A stretch of 44,043 nt of DNA from a virus (lineage: Duplodnaviria; Caudoviricetes): IMG/VR virus record IMGVR_UViG_3300005326_000723, positions 1 through 44,043 of that record. One strand, 5' to 3'. Shown here piece by piece: positions 17,913 to 26,620 of the stretch. The notes beneath the pieces are model-generated. The model did no database searches. It had not been told where the DNA came from and was given only the letters and a program-made list of their open reading frames with translations. Both the position numbers and the translations under genes were made by a program. Position 1 is the stretch's first letter; each line of letters opens with the position of its first letter.

Positions 17913-18908
17913 TCAGACCACCACGGCCCAGACCACGCAGAGTGGCTGAAAGAGCACAGGCAACGGCCGGGATTCAACCTTGAGCCACTGACCGCTCGGG
18001 TCCTTGCTCTCCCACATCTTCGAGAAGAAAATGTCAGCCGCCTGCCCCTTGCCCACGCCGCCGGGTGCTTCGAGATCCACCACCGGCGCGAACAGCTCTG
18101 CCGCCACCTGGGATCCGAGACCGACCAGGGCGAACACATCCTCGGGAATGAGGTCGTGCCGGACTCCGGCGCTGTCGAGGTAGGAGCCGAAATACTCCTC
18201 GATGGAGGAGACCCCGGCTAGCCGGGAGATGCCGCCGGTCTCGGCGATCTGTTGACCGGCCTGATAGCCGAGCAACCCACGGACATTCTCGTTGTTGATC
18301 AGCGCGGTCATGGCCTCCGATCCGCAGAAGGCGGCGAAGCCGGTCACCGGTCCGCCGTTCTGGGTGATCAGCTTCTTCCAGGCCCGGATGTTGCCGATCG
18401 GGTCCGAAGCCTCATCAGTCCACAGCCCCGTGAGGGTGAGGGTCGGCGTATGGGCTGCCGGCAGGTTGTAATCCACCAGCACATTGCCGGCCTTGTCCAC
18501 CACCTGCCCGGAGAGGGCCTTCACCGCCTGAAATTCGCGGGTGAGGTCGACCGTCTGCCGCATATCGTACTGCTCCTCGGCGATCCGCTCCTTGAGCAGT
18601 TCCGGGTAGGCGGCATCGCCGAACTTGCGCATATCGTTCAGGTCAGCGGCGGAAATAAATTCCTTCTCCGCATAACGGGGTGCTTTGCAGGTCAGGGTCT
18701 TGCGGCCGATACCGCCACGGATGGTGGCCTCGGCGGCCACGCGGATATTGGGGAGGAGTCCCTCCGATCCGGCCTTCACATCCCAGCTGAAGGTGTCGCT
18801 CAGCTGGCGTTTTTTTGTGGGGAACACCACGTCGAGCACCCTGGTGGGTGCCGGCTTCATCAGGTTGACCGCCGTGGTCAACGCTCTGGGGCTAAATTCT
18901 CCAGCCAT
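17913..18908 (-). CDS. Major capsid protein (lambda gpE-like family)
   Basis: 331 aa; TREFQAVKALSG, LWTDEASDPIGNI, C-terminal WESKDPSGQWLKVESRPLP; AAGGAG RBS. Confidence 0.9.
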   Translation of the reverse strand: MAGEFSPRALTTAVNLMKPAPTRVLDVVFPTKKRQLSDTFSWDVKAGSEGLLPNIRVAAEATIRGGIGRKTLTCKAPRYAEKEFISAADLNDMRKFGDAAYPELLKERIAEEQYDMRQTVDLTREFQAVKALSGQVVDKAGNVLVDYNLPAAHTPTLTLTGLWTDEASDPIGNIRAWKKLITQNGGPVTGFAAFCGSEAMTALINNENVRGLLGYQAGQQIAETGGISRLAGVSSIEEYFGSYLDSAGVRHDLIPEDVFALVGLGSQVAAELFAPVVDLEAPGGVGKGQAADIFFSKMWESKDPSGQWLKVESRPLPVLFQPLCVVWAVVV

Positions 18909-18935
18909 TGTTCTTGCTCCTTGCCGCGAGGGCCG

Positions 18936-19271
18936 TTACACGAAATAGAGGCCCTTGGCTTCCAGGGCGAGTTTGTAGGCCGCAGTCAGGCCGGTCATGC
19001 TGGCTTCTACATAGACGCCGGCAAAACCGACGATAGCCACGGCATCGGCGCCGGCTGCAGCCGCGTCTTCCATCAGCACCGCCACCGGGGTCTGTGAGCC
19101 GTCACTGGAAGCTGCCGCCGCAGCCTTGAGTTTACCGCTGGCGGTGATGCGGCCAAGGATGGTGCCCTTGACCAGGTTGGCGCCGGCGGCGATGGTCGCC
19201 GGGATCAGGACCGGGCCGAAAGTGTCGGACGCCACATAGGCATCCATGGAGAGGGTTGCTTCTGTAACCAT
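18936..19271 (-). CDS. Head decoration protein (lambda gpD-like)
   Basis: GANLVKGTILGRITASGK..DGSQTPVAVLMED motif; immediately upstream of the capsid gene. Confidence 0.88.
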   Translation of the reverse strand: MVTEATLSMDAYVASDTFGPVLIPATIAAGANLVKGTILGRITASGKLKAAAAASSDGSQTPVAVLMEDAAAAGADAVAIVGFAGVYVEASMTGLTAAYKLALEAKGLYFV

Positions 19272-19298
19272 TGTCTGCTCCTGTAGTGGTGGCCCAGG

Positions 19299-19742
19299 TT
19301 ATGCCTTGGCCGGGTTGACTTTGGCGGCAATCTCCTTGCCCAGGGTCTCGTCCTCGGCAAAATCGTCCGTTTTTGTTTCTTCAGGCTTGGCCATCTGTTT
19401 GAACAGCGGGTGTTCGGCAAAGGAGCTGATGAACCGTTTGAACCAGGCAAGCGGCGCCTCTTTTTTGCCCTCGCTGAACTCGTAGGTCTCGGTCCGGGCA
19501 TCGAGGGTGCCCATGAATGCAGCCAGGCCCTGTTCCTTCCATGCCGGCAAGATTTTGCCCTCCTTGATGCCCTGATCGATGAAGCCATCGATCGCTTGTT
19601 TCTTGGTTTGCTGCTCCAGCTCGGCGAAGCTGGTCTCCGCCTGCTTTTTCGCCTCCTCGTTTTGGGCGGCCTTCGCTTCGGCCAGTTCCCGCTTGTTTCG
19701 CTCCTCGGCCAGTTGCTGCTGCAATCGTTCCAGTTCAGTCAT
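19299..19742 (-). CDS. Scaffold protein from internal in-frame start (Mu gpZ-like)
   Basis: GGAGGA 7 nt before ATG 19742 (MTELERLQQ..), followed by a coiled coil. Confidence 0.65.
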   Translation of the reverse strand: MTELERLQQQLAEERNKRELAEAKAAQNEEAKKQAETSFAELEQQTKKQAIDGFIDQGIKEGKILPAWKEQGLAAFMGTLDARTETYEFSEGKKEAPLAWFKRFISSFAEHPLFKQMAKPEETKTDDFAEDETLGKEIAAKVNPAKA

Positions 19743-20162
19743 GTCTGCGTCCTCCGTGTCCGCATATTCATAGGTCTCCGCCGCAGATCCGGCGAACTCG
19801 ATATCCTTCAACCCCTTCACCGCCGGTGGCTGCGCTCCCAAAAATCCTACATGTCGCAAGGTGCCGTCCGGGTAGAGGGAGATCGACCGTTTCTTGAAGC
19901 GGCCGGCCTTGACCAACTCCGCAAACTCCGGCGCCACCTGTCCGGGCATCGCCAGCAGTTTTTCCCCCTCGACCTTCAGTTCTTTTATCCAGCCGAAGGC
20001 GGGCGTGTTGTCATGGGGGTGGCCCACGACGATCGGCGCTTCATGCGTTTTCGGGTCATACGCCTCGGCCATCTGCCGCAGATCGTCCACGGTCCATGCC
20101 CGCTCGATTCCGTTTGCCGAGACATGCTTCCCGACCTTGAAAATCTCCATCCATCCAGTCAC
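19299..20162 (-). CDS. Prohead protease/scaffold (Mu gpI-like)
   Basis: EIFKVGKH, HEAPIVVGHP, PAFGW, GRFKKRSISLY, LRHVGFLGAQPPAVKGL; GTG start with AAGGAGG. Confidence 0.9.
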   Translation of the reverse strand: MTGWMEIFKVGKHVSANGIERAWTVDDLRQMAEAYDPKTHEAPIVVGHPHDNTPAFGWIKELKVEGEKLLAMPGQVAPEFAELVKAGRFKKRSISLYPDGTLRHVGFLGAQPPAVKGLKDIEFAGSAAETYEYADTEDADMTELERLQQQLAEERNKRELAEAKAAQNEEAKKQAETSFAELEQQTKKQAIDGFIDQGIKEGKILPAWKEQGLAAFMGTLDARTETYEFSEGKKEAPLAWFKRFISSFAEHPLFKQMAKPEETKTDDFAEDETLGKEIAAKVNPAKA

Positions 20163-20182
20163 GACTCCCTCCTTGACGAAAC

Positions 20183-20204
20183 CCCGTTTAAAACCCGTTT
20201 AAAA
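20183..20204. repeat. Tandem 11-bp repeat CCCGTTTAAAA x2 in the G-I intergenic region
   Basis: Two perfect adjacent copies at 20183-20193 and 20194-20204. Confidence 0.8.
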
Positions 20205-20292
20205 TTGCCTGTATTTGATTGACCGGCCGCTGCCCGACTCGTTGGCCGGGGCGTCCGGTTTGAAAAACAGGCGCCGTTTGACGGCCTCGGCT

Positions 20293-20823
20293 TCACTGGT
20301 CAAGCAACTGCTCCCGGAGCAGGTCGAGCACCATCTGCCGGTCCTCGTCCGCCAGTTCCATCTCAGTGCCCCGGTTTAGGGCCAGATAGGGTCTGGCCGG
20401 GATGGTCACCTTGCGCCCTCGTCCGGCCTTGCCGCCCAGTTGCTGGATGGCCGCATAGGGAATATGGCCGCCGGTGCCGATGGTGACGCTGTCCTTGGTC
20501 GCCTGACTATGAACCGATCCCTCCAGGTCGCCGCTCTCCCGCAGGATGCGCTTCCCGGTCAGGTACCGCTTGCCCTTGGCCGAGAGATACCCGTTCTTCT
20601 TCCAGCCCTTGTGCTTGGCCAGGCCCAGGTGCAGGGTTGCCTCGGAGAGCGGCTGCCAGGGCGTACCGTCCGGGGCGGACAGGTTCTGGAAGTTCTCGAC
20701 CACTCGCCGCTCGTAAAAAAGGCCGATTGCCTGCATCGTGGGGGTCAGGTCGGAAGCCCGCCGCAAGAGCCGATTCAAGAGTGCAACTACTTCACGGTCA
20801 TTGGTTTTGAACTGCAGCTCCAT
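20293..20823 (-). CDS. Virion morphogenesis protein (Mu gpG-like)
   Basis: DLTPTMQAIG, APDGTPWQPLS, ILRESGDL, YAAIQQLGG, IPARPYL. Confidence 0.92.
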   Translation of the reverse strand: MELQFKTNDREVVALLNRLLRRASDLTPTMQAIGLFYERRVVENFQNLSAPDGTPWQPLSEATLHLGLAKHKGWKKNGYLSAKGKRYLTGKRILRESGDLEGSVHSQATKDSVTIGTGGHIPYAAIQQLGGKAGRGRKVTIPARPYLALNRGTEMELADEDRQMVLDLLREQLLDQ

Positions 20824-20851
20824 TGCCGGACAGGCTCTCCGTTCTTATATT
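20823..20851 (+). promoter_or_regulatory. Putative sigma70 promoter for the antisense RNA
   Basis: TTGCCG (20823-20828), 17 bp, TATATT (20846-20851). Confidence 0.65.
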
Positions 20852-20857
20852 TAAGTC

Positions 20858-21153
20858 AAAGAGTTCGTTGACTGGTTTGAGGCTTCCAACTTCAACAGCT
20901 CTAGTTGGTTGTGAAGATGAATGGGTTCCCTCTCCTCCCATTCGAGTCAACGGATTCTCCCAAAACGCCAAATTCGTTGATCGGTCCACCAATGACAGAC
21001 GAGGTCATTGGCACCCACCTTCATGGTTTAACTTGTATTCCATGGGGTCCAGGCGGGCAGGAGTCTCACCTGGGTCAACGGATTTGCTCCTGTAAACGAT
21101 GCTCCTCGTTAACTGGGCTCCTATGAGAGATCCCCGGTTAACGAGTTTTTTTT
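20858..21153 (+). ncRNA. Putative multi-domain structured ncRNA of three tandem units with related closing stems
   Basis: Stems GAGTTCGTTGACT/AGTCAACGGATTC, CAAATTCGTTGAT/GTCAACGGATTTG and CTCGTTAACTGGG/CCCGGTTAACGAG; all non-Watson-Crick positions in these stems are G-U on +. Internal hairpins; upstream promoter; downstream T8. Confidence 0.7.
21105..21153 (+). terminator. Intrinsic terminator-like hairpin plus T8
   Basis: 13-bp stem spanning 21105-21145 followed by TTTTTTTT. Confidence 0.7.
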
Positions 21154-21898
21154 ATCCCACCAGCCACGCTTCCAAACCCATACGGACGATCAGATCTCTC
21201 CAAGCCGCCGCGATATCGGCAGGCATCCTGGCCATCTTCTCCAGCATGGCATCGGCGAGGTGTTGCTTCCCGGCGGCGCCGACGTTGTAATCCCAGCCCT
21301 TGTCGGGCAGATCCTGCCAGTTCTCCGGGCGCTGCTTGCTCGTAGGATTCGCAGCCTGATATTCCTTTTCAGTCGCTGCTACTGCCCGGCAATGGCAGCC
21401 AAAGCCGTTCGGCGGATAGTTGATCTGCCAGAATGGATCGGTCCGGGGCAGGATCAGACCGTCCATGGCCAGGTGGTTCGGACGGGGGTTCCGCACGCCG
21501 TCGTTGTGCATGTATTTGAGGTACCTGACCTCAGCCACATCCATCTGCTGCCAGCGGCCGGCCTGGTAGGCGGTGCTGATGTTGGTCCGAAAGATCAGAT
21601 CGCTCCGCCAAGCCGGGCCGCCGCCCTGCAACTGCCAGCCGTACCGCTCCACCAGGGGGCGGAACTGTTTGCGGAACTCCCGGATATCGGTCTCCCCAGC
21701 AATCGCTTTGTCCACCATCTGCCGCAGATCGGTGAGCAGATCGGCCTGGTAGGCGCCGGCACTCATAAAACCCTTGCCGTGCGCCTCACCGGCCAACTCG
21801 TCCCATTTGGTGGTCGGGATGTTGAGCTTGTCCCGGAACCAGGAGGATGCTTCCTCAAACGGCAGGCTGAACACCTTGGCGAATTCCGCCCCGGTCAT
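21152..21898 (-). CDS. Minor head protein (Mu gpF-like), short form with no C-terminal toxin domain
   Basis: LIFRTNISTAYQAGRW, RPNHLAMDGLILPRTDPFW..YPPNGFGCHC, PDKGWDYNVG. Confidence 0.93.
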   Translation of the reverse strand: MTGAEFAKVFSLPFEEASSWFRDKLNIPTTKWDELAGEAHGKGFMSAGAYQADLLTDLRQMVDKAIAGETDIREFRKQFRPLVERYGWQLQGGGPAWRSDLIFRTNISTAYQAGRWQQMDVAEVRYLKYMHNDGVRNPRPNHLAMDGLILPRTDPFWQINYPPNGFGCHCRAVAATEKEYQAANPTSKQRPENWQDLPDKGWDYNVGAAGKQHLADAMLEKMARMPADIAAAWRDLIVRMGLEAWLVG

Positions 21899-23418
21899 TC
21901 GCCGCTCGCCTCCAGCCGGCCGGCAAGATTGCCCAGCAGCTCCATCCTGGCCATGATTGTTCCCAGCCGCTCCGGCTCACTGGCGGCAAAAAGCTCGATC
22001 AACCGGTCGCGGAACTCCTCCAGACTCTCCACCTGGCCGAGTAATGCCTCGGCGGCATCGATCATGGTCGCGGCAGGTCCTGCGGTTTGTTCCTTGGCCC
22101 AGGCCAAGAGGACCTCTTCGACCGAAGCTGCGTTTTCAGGTTCGGCGAACTCCTGACCGACTTTTCTTCGGTCGTCTTCTGCCGAGGCGGTTGATTCCGC
22201 GACCTCGATCTCATCCTCCTGAAACCCGTACCGCCGCACGTAGTAGGCTTTCTTTATTTTCAGCCCCGAATCGGTCAGCGTCTTGTCGCGGTCGGCAAAA
22301 TCGGTCTGCGGATCCTCGCTCTCAAACCAGGAGAATACCGGCGCCGGTACCTCCGGGGCGTTGATGTCGCGGTAGATCCGCCCGATCTCGTCCATCACGC
22401 CCTTGACCAATCGCTGGTCCGCTTCGCGGTAATCCTCCAGCACATCTTCGTGGGTCTTGCTGGCGGCATAACTACCGGTATCGCCCACCTGTGCGGTCAG
22501 GGTCTGGCCCATCAGCACCTGGCTGATCTCGGCATCCATGGCGTTGCGCAGACGATCGAAGGTGTCCGTGGAGCCGCTTGATCCGGACGATCCGTTCTTG
22601 TCGAGGAACTCGATCACATTGCCTTCGGGGATGACGGCCACTGCGTCCTGCACCATCTTCGCCAGGGCGCTGAGCAGGGTCTTTTGCTCGGCATCGCTGG
22701 CCCCTTGGCGATATTTGCCCACCAGGAAGGGCATGCCGTACTTCTCGCAGAAGGTGACCCAGAATTTGGTGCCGCCCTTCTTGAAGGCCACCGGCCACAG
22801 GCAACGCGAGAGCAGCCGCAGCCCGAAGGGATTGTCGTAGGTGGGGAAGTGGCGGGCGAATACCATCTTGCCCCAGGGAATCTCATCGCCTTCGGTCTGG
22901 TTGGCTATCGAGCGGAAGCGCGGGTTGTTCTCCTGATCAAACCCGAACCAGCGGTTGGGCAGGACCCGGATCCTGGTCAGTCGGATCGATCCGTCCCTCG
23001 GCTCCCAGAACAGTTCTGCTGGGGTCATGCCGTAATAGGGTGCATCCAGCAGGCCGGATAGCAGGTCCTGCATGCCCACATCTTCCAGGTCGGCAAGTAA
23101 ATCCTTGCACAGTTGCTCGGCACGGGCGTCGGTCTGGCCGTCCTGTGTGCCGGCTGTGAACTCGTACTCACGTTTGAGCGAACCCAGTTTGCGGGTCTGG
23201 ATGGCGGTCAATACCTTGCCGTCGGCGGTCAACTCCTCGAGGATCTCGGCGCCGTCGCCACGCTTGCGCAGGATCGGATCCGGATCAGGCAGCAGGCCGA
23301 TCAGGGCGCTGAAGTCCCATGCAAGGGTTCGACTTGCCACTTCGCGGGTGAGGCCGCGCAGCTTCTGTTCCCCGAAATCAAGGTACCTGGTTGGGCTGAC
23401 CCATAATCCGGAAGCCAT
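21895..23418 (-). CDS. Portal protein (Mu gp29/DUF935)
   Basis: LPDPDPILRK, NPFGLRLLSRCLWP, FCEKYGMPFLVGKY, ISQVLMGQTLT. Confidence 0.93.
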   Translation of the reverse strand: MASGLWVSPTRYLDFGEQKLRGLTREVASRTLAWDFSALIGLLPDPDPILRKRGDGAEILEELTADGKVLTAIQTRKLGSLKREYEFTAGTQDGQTDARAEQLCKDLLADLEDVGMQDLLSGLLDAPYYGMTPAELFWEPRDGSIRLTRIRVLPNRWFGFDQENNPRFRSIANQTEGDEIPWGKMVFARHFPTYDNPFGLRLLSRCLWPVAFKKGGTKFWVTFCEKYGMPFLVGKYRQGASDAEQKTLLSALAKMVQDAVAVIPEGNVIEFLDKNGSSGSSGSTDTFDRLRNAMDAEISQVLMGQTLTAQVGDTGSYAASKTHEDVLEDYREADQRLVKGVMDEIGRIYRDINAPEVPAPVFSWFESEDPQTDFADRDKTLTDSGLKIKKAYYVRRYGFQEDEIEVAESTASAEDDRRKVGQEFAEPENAASVEEVLLAWAKEQTAGPAATMIDAAEALLGQVESLEEFRDRLIELFAASEPERLGTIMARMELLGNLAGRLEASGE

Positions 23419-24908
23419 CAGTATCCCTCAAACATGGCGTTACTTTCGCGTGGCATGGCGGAATGGATCTCCATGTCGCCTACCTCCATTCGGGTTGCCG
23501 AGACCGCCATGGCCACGGCAATGGCCGCATCCCCATGTCGCTGCTTGCCGTCTTTGCCCTTGGTCTTGGTCTCCGGCAGCTTGGCCACGCCCTTGATCAT
23601 CTTGATTGCCCGGTAGTCGTCCATGTGGTCGGCATCTTTGGCGACCTCGATCGATCCGTCCTCGAAGAACTGTTTGAAGCGGGGCATCTCTTCGCGGTAC
23701 CAGGCATCCGAGAGCATCACCTGCTCGATCCGACCCGTCCCGAAGTGCTGCATGGCCCGCTCGGCCAGATACTGGCCGTTACCGCGCGCGTCGAACTTGC
23801 CGAAGGTGAATCGGGGCAGCCGCTTGATGATGTAGCACATGATCAGCTCCTGCTCCGTGAACGGCACGTTGGCCAGCTCGACCACAAACGGCTGCCGGTA
23901 GCGCAGGTCCTGCAGTTCCGCCAAGGGGGAGAACACCGTCAGGTCGCCCGTTCGCGCAAAGTCCTCGCCGAAATAGTGTCGCCGCCCCTGATCCAATCGA
24001 GACAGCTGCGGCGCAAGCGTCTCATCGCACCATGCCTGTGCTTCCGCCTGCCTGATATGATCCGGCTGCAGGGCGAACTCGTCCTTGCAGGCCCAGCGCA
24101 GGATCGGGATATCCTCGCGCATGCACCGCTCGATGATCACCGTGGGCAGGTAGGTGCCGCTGCCCTGGCTTGGGATGCAGAACAACTCTTCGTCCGCACC
24201 GCTGCCGTATTGGGCGATCAGTTTTTCCCGCCACTGCTCCTCCGCCTCTTGCGACCAGGGCTTGCCCAGGCGCAGGCAGATACGCTCGTACAGCCCTTCC
24301 GCCAAGGCATCGTCGATGGTCACTCGGTGCAGGCTGTAGGGTTTCTTGCCGGCCCGGACCTCGTTGATCACCTCGTTGAATGGGTTGGTGTCGCCGTCGT
24401 GGGTGGAGATGATCACCACCCGGCCGCCCCACATGAGGAGGGCCATGGCTGCCTTGATCAACTCGGCCAGGTTGTCGTGAAAGGCCGCCTCATCGAGCAC
24501 CACCTTGCCCTGCTTACCGCGCAGGTTGGAGGGCCGGCTGGAGAGGGCCACAATCTTGAATCCCGAAGCACAGCGGATGCGGAAGGCGAGGATATCCTTG
24601 TCCTCATCCTGGAGGACGAACTCCTCAACCGCTGAAGCCGCCTTGTTGAAGTGCTTCAACCAGTCGCCGCAGTCCTCGATGAACTCCTGGGCCATGTCCT
24701 TGTTGTAACCGATGTACCAGACGTCCATGCCGTTTTGGCTCGCGGCCAGTAGGGCATCATCGGCGGCTTCCGCCCAGGAGATGCCGATGCGCCGGGACTT
24801 CTCGATGATCTTGACCTCGCTCCCATCCTCCAGCCATCGCTGCTGGTAGGGCAGCAGGGCCATGGGGGTTCGCTTGGTTCGATCCTCTTTGGTTGTGAAG
24901 TCCGCCAT
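23418..24908 (-). CDS. Terminase large subunit (Mu gp28-like)
   Basis: LLPYQQRW, EKSRRIGISW (Walker A), VVLDEAAFH (Walker B), GEDFAR, HGDAAIA. Confidence 0.94.
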   Translation of the reverse strand: MADFTTKEDRTKRTPMALLPYQQRWLEDGSEVKIIEKSRRIGISWAEAADDALLAASQNGMDVWYIGYNKDMAQEFIEDCGDWLKHFNKAASAVEEFVLQDEDKDILAFRIRCASGFKIVALSSRPSNLRGKQGKVVLDEAAFHDNLAELIKAAMALLMWGGRVVIISTHDGDTNPFNEVINEVRAGKKPYSLHRVTIDDALAEGLYERICLRLGKPWSQEAEEQWREKLIAQYGSGADEELFCIPSQGSGTYLPTVIIERCMREDIPILRWACKDEFALQPDHIRQAEAQAWCDETLAPQLSRLDQGRRHYFGEDFARTGDLTVFSPLAELQDLRYRQPFVVELANVPFTEQELIMCYIIKRLPRFTFGKFDARGNGQYLAERAMQHFGTGRIEQVMLSDAWYREEMPRFKQFFEDGSIEVAKDADHMDDYRAIKMIKGVAKLPETKTKGKDGKQRHGDAAIAVAMAVSATRMEVGDMEIHSAMPRESNAMFEGY

Positions 24909-25438
24909 TATTTATTCAACCCCAGGATCTGGCGACGGATCGCATCGGCTGCCTCGTCAGAAAGGCCGCCCCGTTTTGCCGGTTCGGTCACGGCTGCCGC
25001 CGCCTCTTCCAAAGCCTTAGTCCGAGCCTCGGCCACATGCTTCTTGACGTTGATGGAGGCACGGGCCAGGTCGCCGATCGCTCGGGCCAGCTTGGCCAGG
25101 ATCGATCCGTCGATATTGGTGGTATCCACCTCCATCAGGAGCGTGAACAGTCGCTCCTGGCAGAGTCCGGTCAGGGCCTCGAGCATGGTGCCGTCGTTCT
25201 CGCCCATGGCGGCGGCGACCGTTCGCGCGCTCTCCGTGGCCAGCTTGAGCGCCTGCAGTCGTGGTGCCAGGTCGCCGGCGTGGTAGCGCTGCAGGGCCGA
25301 GTCGCTGATCGCAAACCCCTTGGCCTTCAGTTGCGCTTCCAGGGCAGCGAACTGCTGGCCGCCGTTGGCTGCCAGGGTCTCATCCAGCCAGGCCCGGATC
25401 GGTTCCGGCAGGGTATAGACCTTGTTCTTCGGCGGCAT
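24908..25438 (-). CDS. Terminase small subunit (Mu gp27/DUF3486-like)
   Basis: KVYTLPEPIRAWLD..ISDSALQRY..GGLSDEAADAIRRQILG. Confidence 0.88.
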   Translation of the reverse strand: MPPKNKVYTLPEPIRAWLDETLAANGGQQFAALEAQLKAKGFAISDSALQRYHAGDLAPRLQALKLATESARTVAAAMGENDGTMLEALTGLCQERLFTLLMEVDTTNIDGSILAKLARAIGDLARASINVKKHVAEARTKALEEAAAAVTEPAKRGGLSDEAADAIRRQILGLNK

Positions 25439-25441
25439 GGC

Positions 25442-25747
25442 TTACCAGTACTTCTCCGGCCGGGCGATGCCGGGTTCGCAGTCCACGGTGTACTCGACCA
25501 GGTCGATCCCGATCCGGGTCAGGTCCCCGTGCCAGCTGGGTCCCTGCTTGCCCTTGATGGTCACCAGTTCGCGGTGCTCCAGGTAGTCTAGTTCGTTGCG
25601 AAGCTCGCGGATGGTGCAGTCCGGCACGATCCCCTGGATAGTGGAGAGGATGACGGCCTCGGAAGTACCCAGGGGTCTCGCGGAATTGAGGGTCAGCAGG
25701 ATGTACCAGCGCAGGTTCTCCCGGCGGGCCTTGTCTGGATCGATCAT
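25442..25747 (-). CDS. Mu gp26-like winged-helix protein
   Basis: RRENLRWYILLTL..ELDYLEHRELV..LTRIGID..PGIARP; start overlaps the upstream stop. Confidence 0.85.
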   Translation of the reverse strand: MIDPDKARRENLRWYILLTLNSARPLGTSEAVILSTIQGIVPDCTIRELRNELDYLEHRELVTIKGKQGPSWHGDLTRIGIDLVEYTVDCEPGIARPEKYW

Positions 25748-26082
25748 TGGGCCTTGTGTTGGCATTTTCGGCACTCCAGTTGTCTGATGTCGGTCGCCAG
25801 TGCATCGAGCTTGGCGTGGGTCAGGGTTTCAAACCGGATCATGTCTTCCCGGCGGTAGTAGTCGATCGGCAGTCGGCCCAGAAAACTCAGGTACTCCTCG
25901 CGGTGCTGCTGCAGGCCGGTAACGGCAGCGTTGGCCGTGTCCGTGGCACCCTTTACCCGCTCTTCGATGTTGGCCACGGCCTTGGTCACCAGCCACTTGA
26001 TGATGCCAACCAGAAAACCGGTCCACGCGAGGAGCAGGGTGACCATGATGCCCACCGCCTGCCAGGAGAGGGTGAGGCTCAT
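25744..26082 (-). CDS. Single-TM coiled-coil protein (Mu gp25 position)
   Basis: N-terminal hydrophobic helix; LPIDYYRRED motif; GGAGGGG-like RBS (AGGGGGGA). Confidence 0.8.
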   Translation of the reverse strand: MSLTLSWQAVGIMVTLLLAWTGFLVGIIKWLVTKAVANIEERVKGATDTANAAVTGLQQHREEYLSFLGRLPIDYYRREDMIRFETLTHAKLDALATDIRQLECRKCQHKAQ

Positions 26083-26294
26083 GGCATCCCCCCCTGTCGG
26101 CGCTCCAGGGTTTCCTGGCAACTCAAGCAGAACCGACAGCCTGGCATGGCCTGCCGTCGGTCTTCGGGGATCGGTTCACCGCATTCCAGGCATTTTCTGG
26201 CAGATTCTCCCTTGGGCAGGGCATAGACGCGGGCCGAGAGCAACCGCCGAAGCTCCAGTTCCTGGCGTTCCTGGGCATAGTCGACCTCATCCAT
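26079..26294 (-). CDS. TraR/DksA C4-type zinc-finger protein
   Basis: MDEVDYAQ..CLECGEPIPEDRRQAMPGCRFCLSCQ. Confidence 0.9.
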   Translation of the reverse strand: MDEVDYAQERQELELRRLLSARVYALPKGESARKCLECGEPIPEDRRQAMPGCRFCLSCQETLERRQGGMP

Positions 26295-26599
26295 CAGGGT
26301 TGCGGCTCCTTGCTCTCCGGAGTTCCCACGATCAGGCGGGCCAGGCTGGCGGCCGCGTTCTTCTCCACCTTGTGCCCCAGGCCGACCAGGCCAAAGCCGA
26401 AGAGGATGGCCTGCAATCCCAGGCCGAACAGCACTTCCTTCAACTCCGTTGCCACCAGGCCCATGCCGATCATGGCCAGGCCCAGCAGGCAGAGCCCGCC
26501 TGCCGCAGCCCATGTCTTCCATCCGCCCATCATGACTGTCTTGCTCCTCGATAGGGTTTCCGTTCCCGGATTAGATGCGACCGTATAGTCAGGCCGCAT
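26294..26599 (-). CDS. Putative holin (two TM helices)
   Basis: Follows the endolysin; GWKTWAAA plus two hydrophobic segments. Start uncertain. Confidence 0.6.
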   Translation of the reverse strand: MRPDYTVASNPGTETLSRSKTVMMGGWKTWAAAGGLCLLGLAMIGMGLVATELKEVLFGLGLQAILFGFGLVGLGHKVEKNAAASLARLIVGTPESKEPQP

Positions 26600-26620
26600 G
26601 ATCGCCCGGATATCCGGGGA

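Noticed and set aside
20858-21153. CRISPR array or protein-coding interpretation (ORFs 20823-21095, 20905-21126, 20798-20992)
   Set aside because: Units are closed by inverted stems, not identical direct repeats with regular spacers; no cas genes; the ORFs lack ATG/RBS support and protein-like sequence.
21152-21898. MuF polymorphic toxin
   Set aside because: The protein ends soon after the MuF domain; no toxin extension or immunity gene.
18252-25591. + strand ORFs opposite head genes (18252-19097, 19410-20222, 21260-22156, 23463-24635)
   Set aside because: Codon-bias shadows with no independent support.
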